A program made the translations under genes and the position numbers. The notes under the pieces are model-generated. The model saw nothing but the letters and a program-made list of their open reading frames with translations, did no database searches and was not told where the DNA came from. Positions 28,252 to 37,292 of a DNA stretch of 64,000 nt are shown here, in pieces. How positions within the stretch are numbered: position 1 is the first letter of the stretch; each line of letters starts with the position of its first letter. Source of the stretch: Promethearchaeota archaeon (lineage in GTDB: Archaea > Asgardarchaeota > Lokiarchaeia > Sigyniarchaeales > SOKP01); assembly GCA_048940925.1 (NCBI GenBank), contig JBHLOC010000017.1:1-64000 (forward strand). Reading direction: 5' to 3'.

Positions 28252-28593
28252 TTACATTTCTTTTCCGCAAGAACGACATACATATTTCTTTGCATATATC
28301 TTAACACCGCCCATTTGATGTAAAACCTGTGTTTTATCTTCTACTGCGTTAAAAGAGGTCCCACCACAATCTGGACAAACTCTCCTACCTTCAACAGGTG
28401 GTTTTTCTTTTAATTTTGCTTCCTCCTCTTGTTTTTCAACAATTGCAGAAGGTTTAATAGTTGTAGAGGGTGTGGATGATACTAATACTGTACTAGCTGA
28501 ACTTCCTACAGTTGTATCAACTTTTAAAACTCTATCAAGTTTACTATTAATCTCTTCAAGTAATTTTAAAACCTTCTGTTCAAATTCAGACAA
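28252..28593 (-). CDS. Small protein: N-terminal coiled coil, S/T-rich linker, C-terminal Zn ribbon homologous to the gelsolin tail
   Basis: EGRRVCPDCG...DK...IYAKKYVCRSCG; GAGGAG Shine-Dalgarno before the TTG start. Confidence 0.82.
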   Translation of the reverse strand: MSEFEQKVLKLLEEINSKLDRVLKVDTTVGSSASTVLVSSTPSTTIKPSAIVEKQEEEAKLKEKPPVEGRRVCPDCGGTSFNAVEDKTQVLHQMGGVKIYAKKYVCRSCGKEM

Positions 28594-28719
28594 AATACAT
28601 CTCCTCTAAAATTTTAAACAATGAATTTATCTTTTAGTAATTAATCTTAATTTGGTTTTATATATTTTAGTAAAAGAAAAGTTAATAATTACTCAATATA
28701 AGAAGAATTTAAAAAATTT

Positions 28720-29139
28720 TTAATCCCCTCTTCTATACTTATCACTCTTTTCAAGATAATCAAGAATTGATTCTCTTAGTTCCACTGCCGGAGCAATGAA
28801 TTTAGTTTTTTCAATATAGGAAATTGCATCTCTCCAACTCCATCTTGGGTTTTTTTTTAATAACCATGCAACAATTATCCCTGGACTTCTTGAGATACCC
28901 ATTGAACAATGAACTAAAACTTTTCCTCCATTATTTAGATGCAAATCGATGAAAGTCAAGATTTCTTCCAGATAATCATGTGATAAATATGAATCATCAG
29001 CAAAACCCTTATGCAAATATGAAAAGCCTAAATAGGTAGGATCATAAAGGTTTTCTTCCATTAAATTAACGATAGTAGTTATTCCAATTTCTTTTAGTTT
29101 TCTAAAGTTCAATTTTGGCCAATAGGCACCTAGGTACAA
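28720..29139 (-). CDS. Dual-specificity protein phosphatase; true start probably ATT at 29178
   Basis: LYLG, LKEIGITTIVNL, GFADD and catalytic VLVHCSMGISRS...AWLL. Confidence 0.92.
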   Translation of the reverse strand: MYLGAYWPKLNFRKLKEIGITTIVNLMEENLYDPTYLGFSYLHKGFADDSYLSHDYLEEILTFIDLHLNNGGKVLVHCSMGISRSPGIIVAWLLKKNPRWSWRDAISYIEKTKFIAPAVELRESILDYLEKSDKYRRGD

Positions 29140-29306
29140 ATTCTCATGAACTTTGTAGATCTTATCTAGTTCTGGAATCTAAAACTACCTTATTATAAGT
29201 ATAAACCACTTTAATTTGATAAATAAAAAAAAAGAATCTAAAATTATGGTTTTGCAACATTCACCTCTGAAAAAATTATTATATTTTATTGCATTTTGAA
29301 TCCTTT

Positions 29307-30467
29307 TTATTTTAGTTTTTCATAAAGACCTTTTTGGATAATATATTTCATAATTTCATCTGTGCCTCCCCCTATTCGCGATAATCTAATGTCTCGAAGG
29401 CATCTCTCAATGGGATACTTATTGGTATAACCAATTCCTCCCAACACCTGTAAAGCATCATCGCATATCTTAAAAGCATTGGTACACGAAAAAAGTTTTG
29501 CCATTGCCGCAAGAACACCATCATTCATGTTTTGTATAGATTTTTGAACCAATGCTTTTCCTGCTTCATAATTAGTAGCCATTTCTGCGATTTTGAAACT
29601 AATCCCTTCAAACTCACATATAGGCCTATTAAACTGAACTCGTTCTCTTGAATAATGAATAGCTTCGTCTAGTGCTCTCTTCGCAACACTAGCTGCTTGT
29701 AAAGCCATTATAGCTCTTTCAGGAGCAAGAAATTGCTGCATAATTGATATTGCTTCGGTTCTCCTCTTCTTGGTGCCCTCTGTAGAAGGTTTAGACTCTC
29801 TATAAAAAAGTTCATTCTCTTTCGGGACTCTAACATTGTTAAATTTCAAATGTCCAAGATGGAGCCCATGGAGACCCATCATCGAATATTCTTCTATAAC
29901 TTCGAAACCATCCCAATCTGATTGAACAATAAATGCACCATTTCGTGCATATACAACAAGGATGTCTGCTATACTTCCATTGACTATGAATCTCTTTTCT
30001 CCGTTAAGAATGAATTCATCATTATCCTCATCTTTTTCATACTTTGTTTTCATCCTTGAAAGATCACTACCTGCATCAGGTTCAGTAAAACAGAATGAAC
30101 CAATTTGTTCTCCCTTTACTAGCGGATCAATATATTTTCTAAGTATTTCTGTTTTCCTAAACGTTCGAATTAAAGATGCGGGATAGGTAGACGATCCTCT
30201 ACTCATATCCATAGGATAACTTTGATAACAAAGTGCTTCAACCATCAGAAGTTCTTGAGTAATGGAGCCTCCACGACCACCAAATTTTTTCGGATATGTG
30301 ACTCCTATTAATCCATGCTTTCCAAGTCGACGAAGTACATCCCAGATATCGGTTTTTCCTTGTTCAACCTCATCAACATAAGGAATAACCTCATTTGAAA
30401 TTATTTTATCAATTTCTTCCTTAAATAATAAATCTTTATCACTCAAATTAGGAATAATACTTTCCAT
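29307..30467 (-). CDS. Acyl-CoA dehydrogenase
   Basis: YPKKFGG, FCFTEPDAGSD, LNGEKRFIVNG, RVQFNRPI, LQVLGGIGY, RIGGGTDEI. Confidence 0.95.
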   Translation of the reverse strand: MESIIPNLSDKDLLFKEEIDKIISNEVIPYVDEVEQGKTDIWDVLRRLGKHGLIGVTYPKKFGGRGGSITQELLMVEALCYQSYPMDMSRGSSTYPASLIRTFRKTEILRKYIDPLVKGEQIGSFCFTEPDAGSDLSRMKTKYEKDEDNDEFILNGEKRFIVNGSIADILVVYARNGAFIVQSDWDGFEVIEEYSMMGLHGLHLGHLKFNNVRVPKENELFYRESKPSTEGTKKRRTEAISIMQQFLAPERAIMALQAASVAKRALDEAIHYSRERVQFNRPICEFEGISFKIAEMATNYEAGKALVQKSIQNMNDGVLAAMAKLFSCTNAFKICDDALQVLGGIGYTNKYPIERCLRDIRLSRIGGGTDEIMKYIIQKGLYEKLK

Positions 30468-30619
30468 GCTACCTCATTTTATATATTTTTTTAAGAGTGT
30501 ATTTCCTATTCATCTATTTACCTTATTTTCATAAAATTAAAAACATTTTCTAGATAGTTGATATATAAATTATAAACTTCAACCATACAAATACAAAAAA
30601 GTACAAACTGATGTAAAAA

Positions 30620-31639
30620 ATGTTTGATAGCTCTCATTGTGCTGACTGTAAGAATGTGGATTGTTTAACCCGTTGTCAGTGGATTGATATTGATAAGGAA
30701 ACTGCAAGAAGTGAAATGAAGAATATGATTAATTGTGAAGATTCATTTGTATTAAAGGAATGTACTACATGCTTTGCCTGTGATGAATATTGCCCATATA
30801 ATTCACATCCCTTCGATTTAATAGCAGAATTACAAGAAAAATTCAATACATTTGAAATAACTCCACAGATCTTAGAAAGAACAATCAAGATTTATAAACC
30901 CCATGATGAATTACGATTAAAAGAAATTGATCCTGAAAAACCAGTTTTAAATAAATGTGCTTTTCCGAGAACAAACGCTAAAAATATGGAGGGTCAGTTA
31001 TTTGAAAATTTGCAATATGTTAGTGGACTCTCTTATTTTTGTAATTTAGTATATCATCATTACGCTAAAGACTCTATTATCAAAGAAAGAGCTCCAATAA
31101 TATTAGATAACATTAGAAAACAAGGTATTAAGGAAATGATTTGTTTTCATGATGAATGTTATGGATTTTACACCTCATATTGTCCCCGCAATAATATAGA
31201 ACTTCCAAAAGATTTCAAACCGATTCATATCTATGAATATCTTTATAATTATTTAAAAGACCATGAATCAGAAATTACAAAACTTGGTATGAAGATAGCA
31301 TATCAAAGATCTTGTTCTAATCGATTCATACCTGAAACCGAGAAATGGGTGGATAAAATCTTTGATTTGATTGGAGTTGAACGCTTGGCTCGAAAATATG
31401 ACCGGGAAAACGCTCTATGTTGCGCAGCAGCATTTCCTACACTTGGAAAAGCTAATCTAGTAAGACCTACTCAAAATAAAAATGTTAGCGATATGATTGA
31501 TTATGGGGCTGAAGCATGTATTTTTTGTTGCCCAATGTGTCAAGAATCATTGGGATCTAAAGTCCAGAGAAAAGGATTAAAATCTTATCTGTTAAGTGAC
31601 TTATGTAGACTGTCTCTCGGTGAAGAATTGGACTATTAA
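30620..31639 (+). CDS. Fe-S oxidoreductase with N-terminal ferredoxin-like Cys cluster and CCG domains (HdrD/BamD-like)
   Basis: CADC..CLTRC, CTTCFACDEYCP, CFHDECY, YQRSC, ALCC, CPMC. Confidence 0.82.
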   Translation: MFDSSHCADCKNVDCLTRCQWIDIDKETARSEMKNMINCEDSFVLKECTTCFACDEYCPYNSHPFDLIAELQEKFNTFEITPQILERTIKIYKPHDELRLKEIDPEKPVLNKCAFPRTNAKNMEGQLFENLQYVSGLSYFCNLVYHHYAKDSIIKERAPIILDNIRKQGIKEMICFHDECYGFYTSYCPRNNIELPKDFKPIHIYEYLYNYLKDHESEITKLGMKIAYQRSCSNRFIPETEKWVDKIFDLIGVERLARKYDRENALCCAAAFPTLGKANLVRPTQNKNVSDMIDYGAEACIFCCPMCQESLGSKVQRKGLKSYLLSDLCRLSLGEELDY

Positions 31640-31719
31640 AGGAGTTTTAAAAAAAGATTAAGAATTTTATATTTTTAAATTTAAATTAATAAAAAATAAA
31701 ATTTGATTATTAACTTATT

Positions 31720-32751
31720 TTAGTCATAAATTTTTCCAGCTCTTCCTTGAGGGAGCTTCTCACCTAACGCTTCCCTTACTAAATTACTTAGGAAATATGG
31801 TTCTAAACCTTCGGCTTGAGCTTTGCTCCTTAAGTAGAGACAACAAATTGGGCAGAGAAACACCATTGCCTCGGCACCAGCTTGTTTAGCATCACTGATA
31901 TTCATTTTCCAATATTTATCATTAGGAGAAATAACTGCTGTGCAACAGAGCGCCCTTTCACGATCATATTTTCTATCTACGCGTTCAACACCCAATAATT
32001 CAAATAACTCATCGAGCATTTTATCTTTTTTCCTAAAAGCATCCCATCCTATACGTGATGCACAGGGTTGCTGATACGCGATTTTCATATTTAATTTCTC
32101 TATTTTATTGAGGTTTTCCTTGACATAATCTCGGAGATATTCAATTATATGAACATAATTAAATGGTACTTCCACTCCAAAATCCTTTGCATAATGCTCT
32201 AGCATCATATAACAATCATCGTGGAAACAAATTAGATAATTGTCATCGGAAATAACCTTTGCAACGTTATCAATGAATTTCTGGGCATTCTCTCTAACCA
32301 TACTTGGTAATCCTGCGTGGTATCCGCCAATTTGGCAAAAATAATCCCCTCCTTGAATAATAGTTAATCCCTCGAACAATTGACCTTCAATCGCTCCCTT
32401 AATTAAATTTACTGTACAAAGATTCATTATAGGTTTGCTAGGATCTCCCTTTCTTATAGATGATGGAGCAGAATTAGCGAATTTCATTTGACTAGCTGCA
32501 CGTTCACCACCGATAAATGTTCCTGTTTCTTCCATTCGCCTGCTTATGAGATCAAAGGGATCTGCATTTTCAGGGCAATACATTGTGCACGCACAACATG
32601 TGATACATTCTGATGTTATAGGAGTTGGTTCACCTTTTATTAATTTCTCAAATTCTTCTTTTGCTTTTTCCTCTGAATAGTTCATATAATAACAGTTTGT
32701 TAAACAAGCTATTCCACATGTATCTCTCTTACACTTTTCTTCTAAAAACAT
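31720..32751 (-). CDS. Fe-S oxidoreductase with CCG domains, paralogue of 30620-31639
   Basis: CITCCACTMYCP, CFHDDCY, YQQPC, RKYDRERALCC, CPIC. Confidence 0.82.
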   Translation of the reverse strand: MFLEEKCKRDTCGIACLTNCYYMNYSEEKAKEEFEKLIKGEPTPITSECITCCACTMYCPENADPFDLISRRMEETGTFIGGERAASQMKFANSAPSSIRKGDPSKPIMNLCTVNLIKGAIEGQLFEGLTIIQGGDYFCQIGGYHAGLPSMVRENAQKFIDNVAKVISDDNYLICFHDDCYMMLEHYAKDFGVEVPFNYVHIIEYLRDYVKENLNKIEKLNMKIAYQQPCASRIGWDAFRKKDKMLDELFELLGVERVDRKYDRERALCCTAVISPNDKYWKMNISDAKQAGAEAMVFLCPICCLYLRSKAQAEGLEPYFLSNLVREALGEKLPQGRAGKIYD

Positions 32752-32877
32752 ATTTTTTCCTTTTTCTAATCTAATTTTAATTTATTTTATGTGTATTTCT
32801 ATTTTAATTAAATTTATATATCATTTTTTTTAATTGTTTTCGCTTTTATGTTTCCAATTATTTATGAATTTCAACTT

Positions 32878-34089
32878 CTATAATAGTTCTTTTAGTAAAT
32901 TCACTAAATCCATGAGTTGGATATCATAATTATGCTCTTTTATAGCATCTGCGAAATTGCGCTCACAAAAAGGACAAGTGGTCACTAATATTTCTGCTCC
33001 AGTTTTTATTGCTTCTTCCACACGATTACTTGCCATTTCTAAAGCCCATTCAGAAAATCCAGCTTTAACACCTCCCCCAGCACCACAACATGTTGCATCG
33101 CCTTTAATTTTGCGCATTTCTTCTAACTCTATCCCGGGAATCTTTTTAATAATTTCTCTTGGCACATCATAAAGTCCAGCATGGCGACCGAGATGGCAGG
33201 GATCGTGATATGTAACTTTTCTTTTTCCATTTAATTTATTTTTAAATTCAATCTTTCCTTTATCTAGGAGCCTTTTGATATATTCTGAAATATGGAGAAC
33301 CTCAAAAGGTAAATTATTTTCTGAACCTTCATTGTAGAGAATTTTGGGGTAATCTTCTTTGATTGTTCGATAACAACCTGCACAAGAAGTAATAATGGTT
33401 TTTATGCTTTTATTTTTAAACAATTCAATATTATGTAGGGCTTGTTCTTTTGCAGTTTCTCTTTGCCCTGTTCTAAGTAATGGTGATCCACAGCACCATT
33501 CCTCCCGCAAGATAGAGAATTTGACACCTATTTTCTCGAGAACCTCAAAAGTATTTTTAGCCAACTCTTTTTCGCGATAAGATGATGTACAACCTACAAA
33601 ATATCCAATTTCAGGATCTTCAGGATTTTTAAAATCATCGGGAAGCCAAGATAACCTATTTTCATGTTTTTCAAAATATGGATTATGTTCTATAGCAGCA
33701 TGATTTCCGAAGTTAATAGCTTTTTCTGGGCAAAATCCATTTTTAAATGCTTCAGCCCGTGCTAATTCAATTATATCTACTAAAAACTCTGATCCTAATT
33801 TTCGTGTCAATAGTTTACAATTCTCACCGCAGTTTCCACAGGTCGTGCACGCATATAGAATTTTACTTATATAATCACTCCATTCAAGTTCATTAGACAC
33901 TAATCCGTGAATTAGCCACATGCGTCCTCCCGTACTGAAAGATTCAAATTTATACTTTTTATAACTAGGACAATTGATATCAAAATAATCCCCCGTGAAC
34001 TTGCAATAACCACATCTAAAGCATCTGTGTATTATATTTTCATAATATTTTAATCCCATTTGTTCTCGACTTTTTAGATTTGATGACAT
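32878..34089 (-). CDS. HdrD/GlcF-like Fe-S oxidoreductase (2x[4Fe-4S] plus two CCG domains)
   Basis: CFRCGYC, CTTCGNCGENC, FVGC, EWCCGSP, SCAGCY, YHDPCHLGR, CCGAGGG, CPFC. Confidence 0.9.
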   Translation of the reverse strand: MSSNLKSREQMGLKYYENIIHRCFRCGYCKFTGDYFDINCPSYKKYKFESFSTGGRMWLIHGLVSNELEWSDYISKILYACTTCGNCGENCKLLTRKLGSEFLVDIIELARAEAFKNGFCPEKAINFGNHAAIEHNPYFEKHENRLSWLPDDFKNPEDPEIGYFVGCTSSYREKELAKNTFEVLEKIGVKFSILREEWCCGSPLLRTGQRETAKEQALHNIELFKNKSIKTIITSCAGCYRTIKEDYPKILYNEGSENNLPFEVLHISEYIKRLLDKGKIEFKNKLNGKRKVTYHDPCHLGRHAGLYDVPREIIKKIPGIELEEMRKIKGDATCCGAGGGVKAGFSEWALEMASNRVEEAIKTGAEILVTTCPFCERNFADAIKEHNYDIQLMDLVNLLKELL

Positions 34090-34092
34090 ATT

Positions 34093-35463
34093 TTACACCT
34101 CCCAATTTCCAGGGTTCATTATTCCATTTGGATCTAACATAGTTCGAACCCGTTTAAATATATCCTTAAAGTGTGGATCTGCTTTCTCCATAATGAGCTT
34201 TTGGCCTAAAATTTCTGTTTTCCAAGGAACTCCGCCTATTTCTAAGACCATCTTATTCGTTTCTTCTAATCCTTCTCTAGCATTTTTCCTATCATCAGGA
34301 TCTGCCCGATTAAATGGAAATGTAACAGAAAACATGACGGCGTGACCACTTCCTATTATTCGACATAATAATGACGGTATTAACCCGTATTTTTTTGAAA
34401 TTATAACTCCTTTTTCGATCGCTTCAGGAATTTTTCCTAATGGAATAAATGACCCAACATATTCGAAACCTCCTCCCTTTCTCCAGTCTGCAGCGAAAGC
34501 AGCAGTATATTGGGGATGATCCATCAAATATGTCCTTGTTTGGCCTATTACTGGTGCCACTTGAATGTTGTTTTCTTTAAATATCTTTTCTATCGTAATT
34601 CGTTTTAAATCCATTTCTTCTTTTGAATTTCCAGTAATATATACCATAATTGCGCAAAAATTCTTCATATTACTAGGTGTATGGGAATGTGATATCATAA
34701 TATCTTCTGTGAATTCCGTAAATGTTATTTTGGATATGAGGTTTGGAATCCCATCAAAATCTTGAGTTAATCCAAAAATTAGTTCTCTGTTTTTTGGATT
34801 CGGATATAGTTTAACGGACACTTTTGTAATAATTCCCATAGTGCCAAAACTGCTTGTGAATAGACCAATTAAATCTGGAATGGGTGCTTTTGAAAACCAG
34901 TATTCTGAAATTGCACAAGATCCAAATTTGGCTATATCTCCCGTCGGTAACACAACTTCTAAGCCATTGATCATACCCGCATGGTGTCCATACTTCTGGG
35001 AGAGAGAACCTGATCCGTGAATTAATACGTTCCCTGCAATAGTAGCTGATGTTGGTGCGTCAGGAATGGGAGCTTGCAAGTTTGGATGATGTTCTTTCAA
35101 ATATGATACTAGTGCTCCTGTTGTAACACCAGCCTCTAAAACTGCATATCGTCCCAAACTATTTATTTCAAGAATTTTATCCATTCTTTTCATATCCATA
35201 ACGATTCCCTTATGAATTGGAATTATTAAACCGCTAAGAGTTAATCCCCCACCCATAGGAATAAGCGGAATTTTCTCCTTATTTGCTAATTTTACAATCT
35301 TTTGGATCTCTTCTACAGTTTCAGGCAATACCACAAAATCAACCGGACGAGGTTCAGAAGCCCCCGGATCTTGAGAGTAGATATAAAGATCTTCAGTTTT
35401 ATTTGAAACAAAATCTCTTCCAGAAATGTTTTCCAATTGAATTAAAATTTCATCTTTATTCAT
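34093..35463 (-). CDS. FAD-binding (VAO/PCMH) oxidoreductase, GlcD/D-lactate dehydrogenase-like
   Basis: VVLPETVEE, PMGGGLTLSG, EAGV, ATIAGN, GLEVVLPTG, GTMGIIT, LDPNGIMNPG; lacks the C-terminal GEHG motif. Confidence 0.88.
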   Translation of the reverse strand: MNKDEILIQLENISGRDFVSNKTEDLYIYSQDPGASEPRPVDFVVLPETVEEIQKIVKLANKEKIPLIPMGGGLTLSGLIIPIHKGIVMDMKRMDKILEINSLGRYAVLEAGVTTGALVSYLKEHHPNLQAPIPDAPTSATIAGNVLIHGSGSLSQKYGHHAGMINGLEVVLPTGDIAKFGSCAISEYWFSKAPIPDLIGLFTSSFGTMGIITKVSVKLYPNPKNRELIFGLTQDFDGIPNLISKITFTEFTEDIMISHSHTPSNMKNFCAIMVYITGNSKEEMDLKRITIEKIFKENNIQVAPVIGQTRTYLMDHPQYTAAFAADWRKGGGFEYVGSFIPLGKIPEAIEKGVIISKKYGLIPSLLCRIIGSGHAVMFSVTFPFNRADPDDRKNAREGLEETNKMVLEIGGVPWKTEILGQKLIMEKADPHFKDIFKRVRTMLDPNGIMNPGNWEV

Positions 35464-35570
35464 TTAATACATCTCTATTTTAAGATAATACTATATTTAA
35501 GAAGTTAAATCTAAAATTATTTATAATTATTCATAAAATTAAAATAAGTTTCAAAAAAAGTTTAATACTA

Positions 35571-35972
35571 TTAGATTTCGCTTAAGTCTCGACTTGCTTT
35601 TATATTAACATTCAATCCTATAACATTGTGGATTAAAATATCCCCCATTTTAATAGGAGCTTTAACAACAGTTTCTGCAATTTCTTTTAACGTTTCTTTA
35701 AGTTTTTCTTTGGGTATTGGTACATTCGATCTCACAGGAATCAAGGGTAAAAATCCATTTTCAACCCTCATTGTAGTTGTCAGAATCCGTTTTGGTGCTA
35801 TAAACTCCTCTCTAGCATATTCCTCACCCCTCTTGCAAGAATGCCCCTCAATAATTAATTCTCCATTTACATTTTCAACATGTACTAAACATCCCGTAGG
35901 ACAAACGATACATCTAATATCCTTAAATCCTTCTGGAAGATTTTGATCATCTTCACTTAATTTAGCTGACAT
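35571..35972 (-). CDS. DUF1667 (CxxC Zn/Fe-binding) protein, third subunit of the GlpA-type operon
   Basis: CIVCPTGC, GHSCKRG..YA, PKRILTTT, APIKMGD. Confidence 0.88.
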   Translation of the reverse strand: MSAKLSEDDQNLPEGFKDIRCIVCPTGCLVHVENVNGELIIEGHSCKRGEEYAREEFIAPKRILTTTMRVENGFLPLIPVRSNVPIPKEKLKETLKEIAETVVKAPIKMGDILIHNVIGLNVNIKASRDLSEI

Positions 35973-35993
35973 TTGTTAAAACCTCATTTATAA

Positions 35994-37292
35994 TTAATCC
36001 TCTTCTATTAGAACTTCTGGACGTGGTATTACTTCAATTTCCAAACTACGACAATCAGATTCTATTTGATGTTCGGCTAAATTTAATTTTAATTCAATCA
36101 TCTCGCTAGGAATGACATAAAGTTTCTTTCTTTTATACAATACTTTGTTGTTATCATCTTTAAACTGAATTTGAATTCTTCTCTCTGGTCTTTTTACTCT
36201 GAATGTGAAAATTATATCCTTAGATAAATCTGATTTATTTATTAAATCAGGTTTAATATAATTAACATTTTCACCTGCTATACATTTAATTTGTTCTTTT
36301 TTTTCTACCCTTTTACCACTTCTTTTATCTACATATTCAACAGCATTCAGTCCTGCTCGTTTTGCTTCAGCAGTTACTAAATCAACCAAATCATGAACTT
36401 GTAAGACATTTCCGCATGCAAATACTCCTTCGATTGTGGATTCTAAATTATTATCTATGATAGGACCTCCCATATCGGAGATAAGTGCTCCTGCATCTCT
36501 CGTTAACTCGTTTTCAGGGATTAAGCCTACAGATAAGAGAAGTGTGTCACATTCGATAAATTTTTCAGAACCTATAACTCTATCAAAATTCCGATCAACT
36601 TTGGAAATGGTAACTCCTTTTACTCTGTCTTTTCCATGAATTTTTGTAACTGTATAACTAGTTATAAGTGGAATGCCATAATCTTCTAAACACTGTACTT
36701 GATTTCTTATTAATCCACTTACATAGGGTTGTATTTCGACCACTGCTTTAACTTGGCAGCCTTCCCATGTAAGTCGGCGAGCCATGATCATACCGATATC
36801 TCCACTACCTAGAATAACAAACATCCTTCCAGGTAAATACCCCTCGATATTCACAAATCTCTGTGCTTGTCCAGCAGTAAAGATTCCCGCAGGTCTAAAG
36901 CCAGGAATATTAATCGCACCCCTAGTTCTTTCTCGACATCCCATAGCAAGGATGATGGCTTTAGCTTTTATTTCAATAAGACCTTCTTTGTTATTAACAG
37001 CGTATAATGTTTTATCTGGAGTAAATTCAATTACCATAGTTTCTAATTTATGAGGGATTTCTAATTCTTTAGCTTGATCGATAAATCTCTGCACATATTC
37101 AGGACCAGTTAATTCTTCTTCAAATTCATGAAGACCGAATCCATTATGAATACATTGGAGAGTAATTCCTCCCAATTCCCTATCTCTTTCTAAAATCATC
37201 ACATTAAGATCAGCTTTTTTAACAACTATAGCAGCTGCTAGACCTGCAGAACCACCTCCAATCACTGCAACATCTACTTCATATTTTTTCAT
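35994..37292 (-). CDS. FAD/NAD(P)-dependent oxidoreductase (NADH-oxidase-like partner of GlpA)
   Basis: GGGSAGLAAA, LQCIHNGFG, LTGPEY, MGCRER, GSGDIG, GLIPENEL, ACGNVLQVHDLVD. Confidence 0.9.
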   Translation of the reverse strand: MKKYEVDVAVIGGGSAGLAAAIVVKKADLNVMILERDRELGGITLQCIHNGFGLHEFEEELTGPEYVQRFIDQAKELEIPHKLETMVIEFTPDKTLYAVNNKEGLIEIKAKAIILAMGCRERTRGAINIPGFRPAGIFTAGQAQRFVNIEGYLPGRMFVILGSGDIGMIMARRLTWEGCQVKAVVEIQPYVSGLIRNQVQCLEDYGIPLITSYTVTKIHGKDRVKGVTISKVDRNFDRVIGSEKFIECDTLLLSVGLIPENELTRDAGALISDMGGPIIDNNLESTIEGVFACGNVLQVHDLVDLVTAEAKRAGLNAVEYVDKRSGKRVEKKEQIKCIAGENVNYIKPDLINKSDLSKDIIFTFRVKRPERRIQIQFKDDNNKVLYKRKKLYVIPSEMIELKLNLAEHQIESDCRSLEIEVIPRPEVLIEED

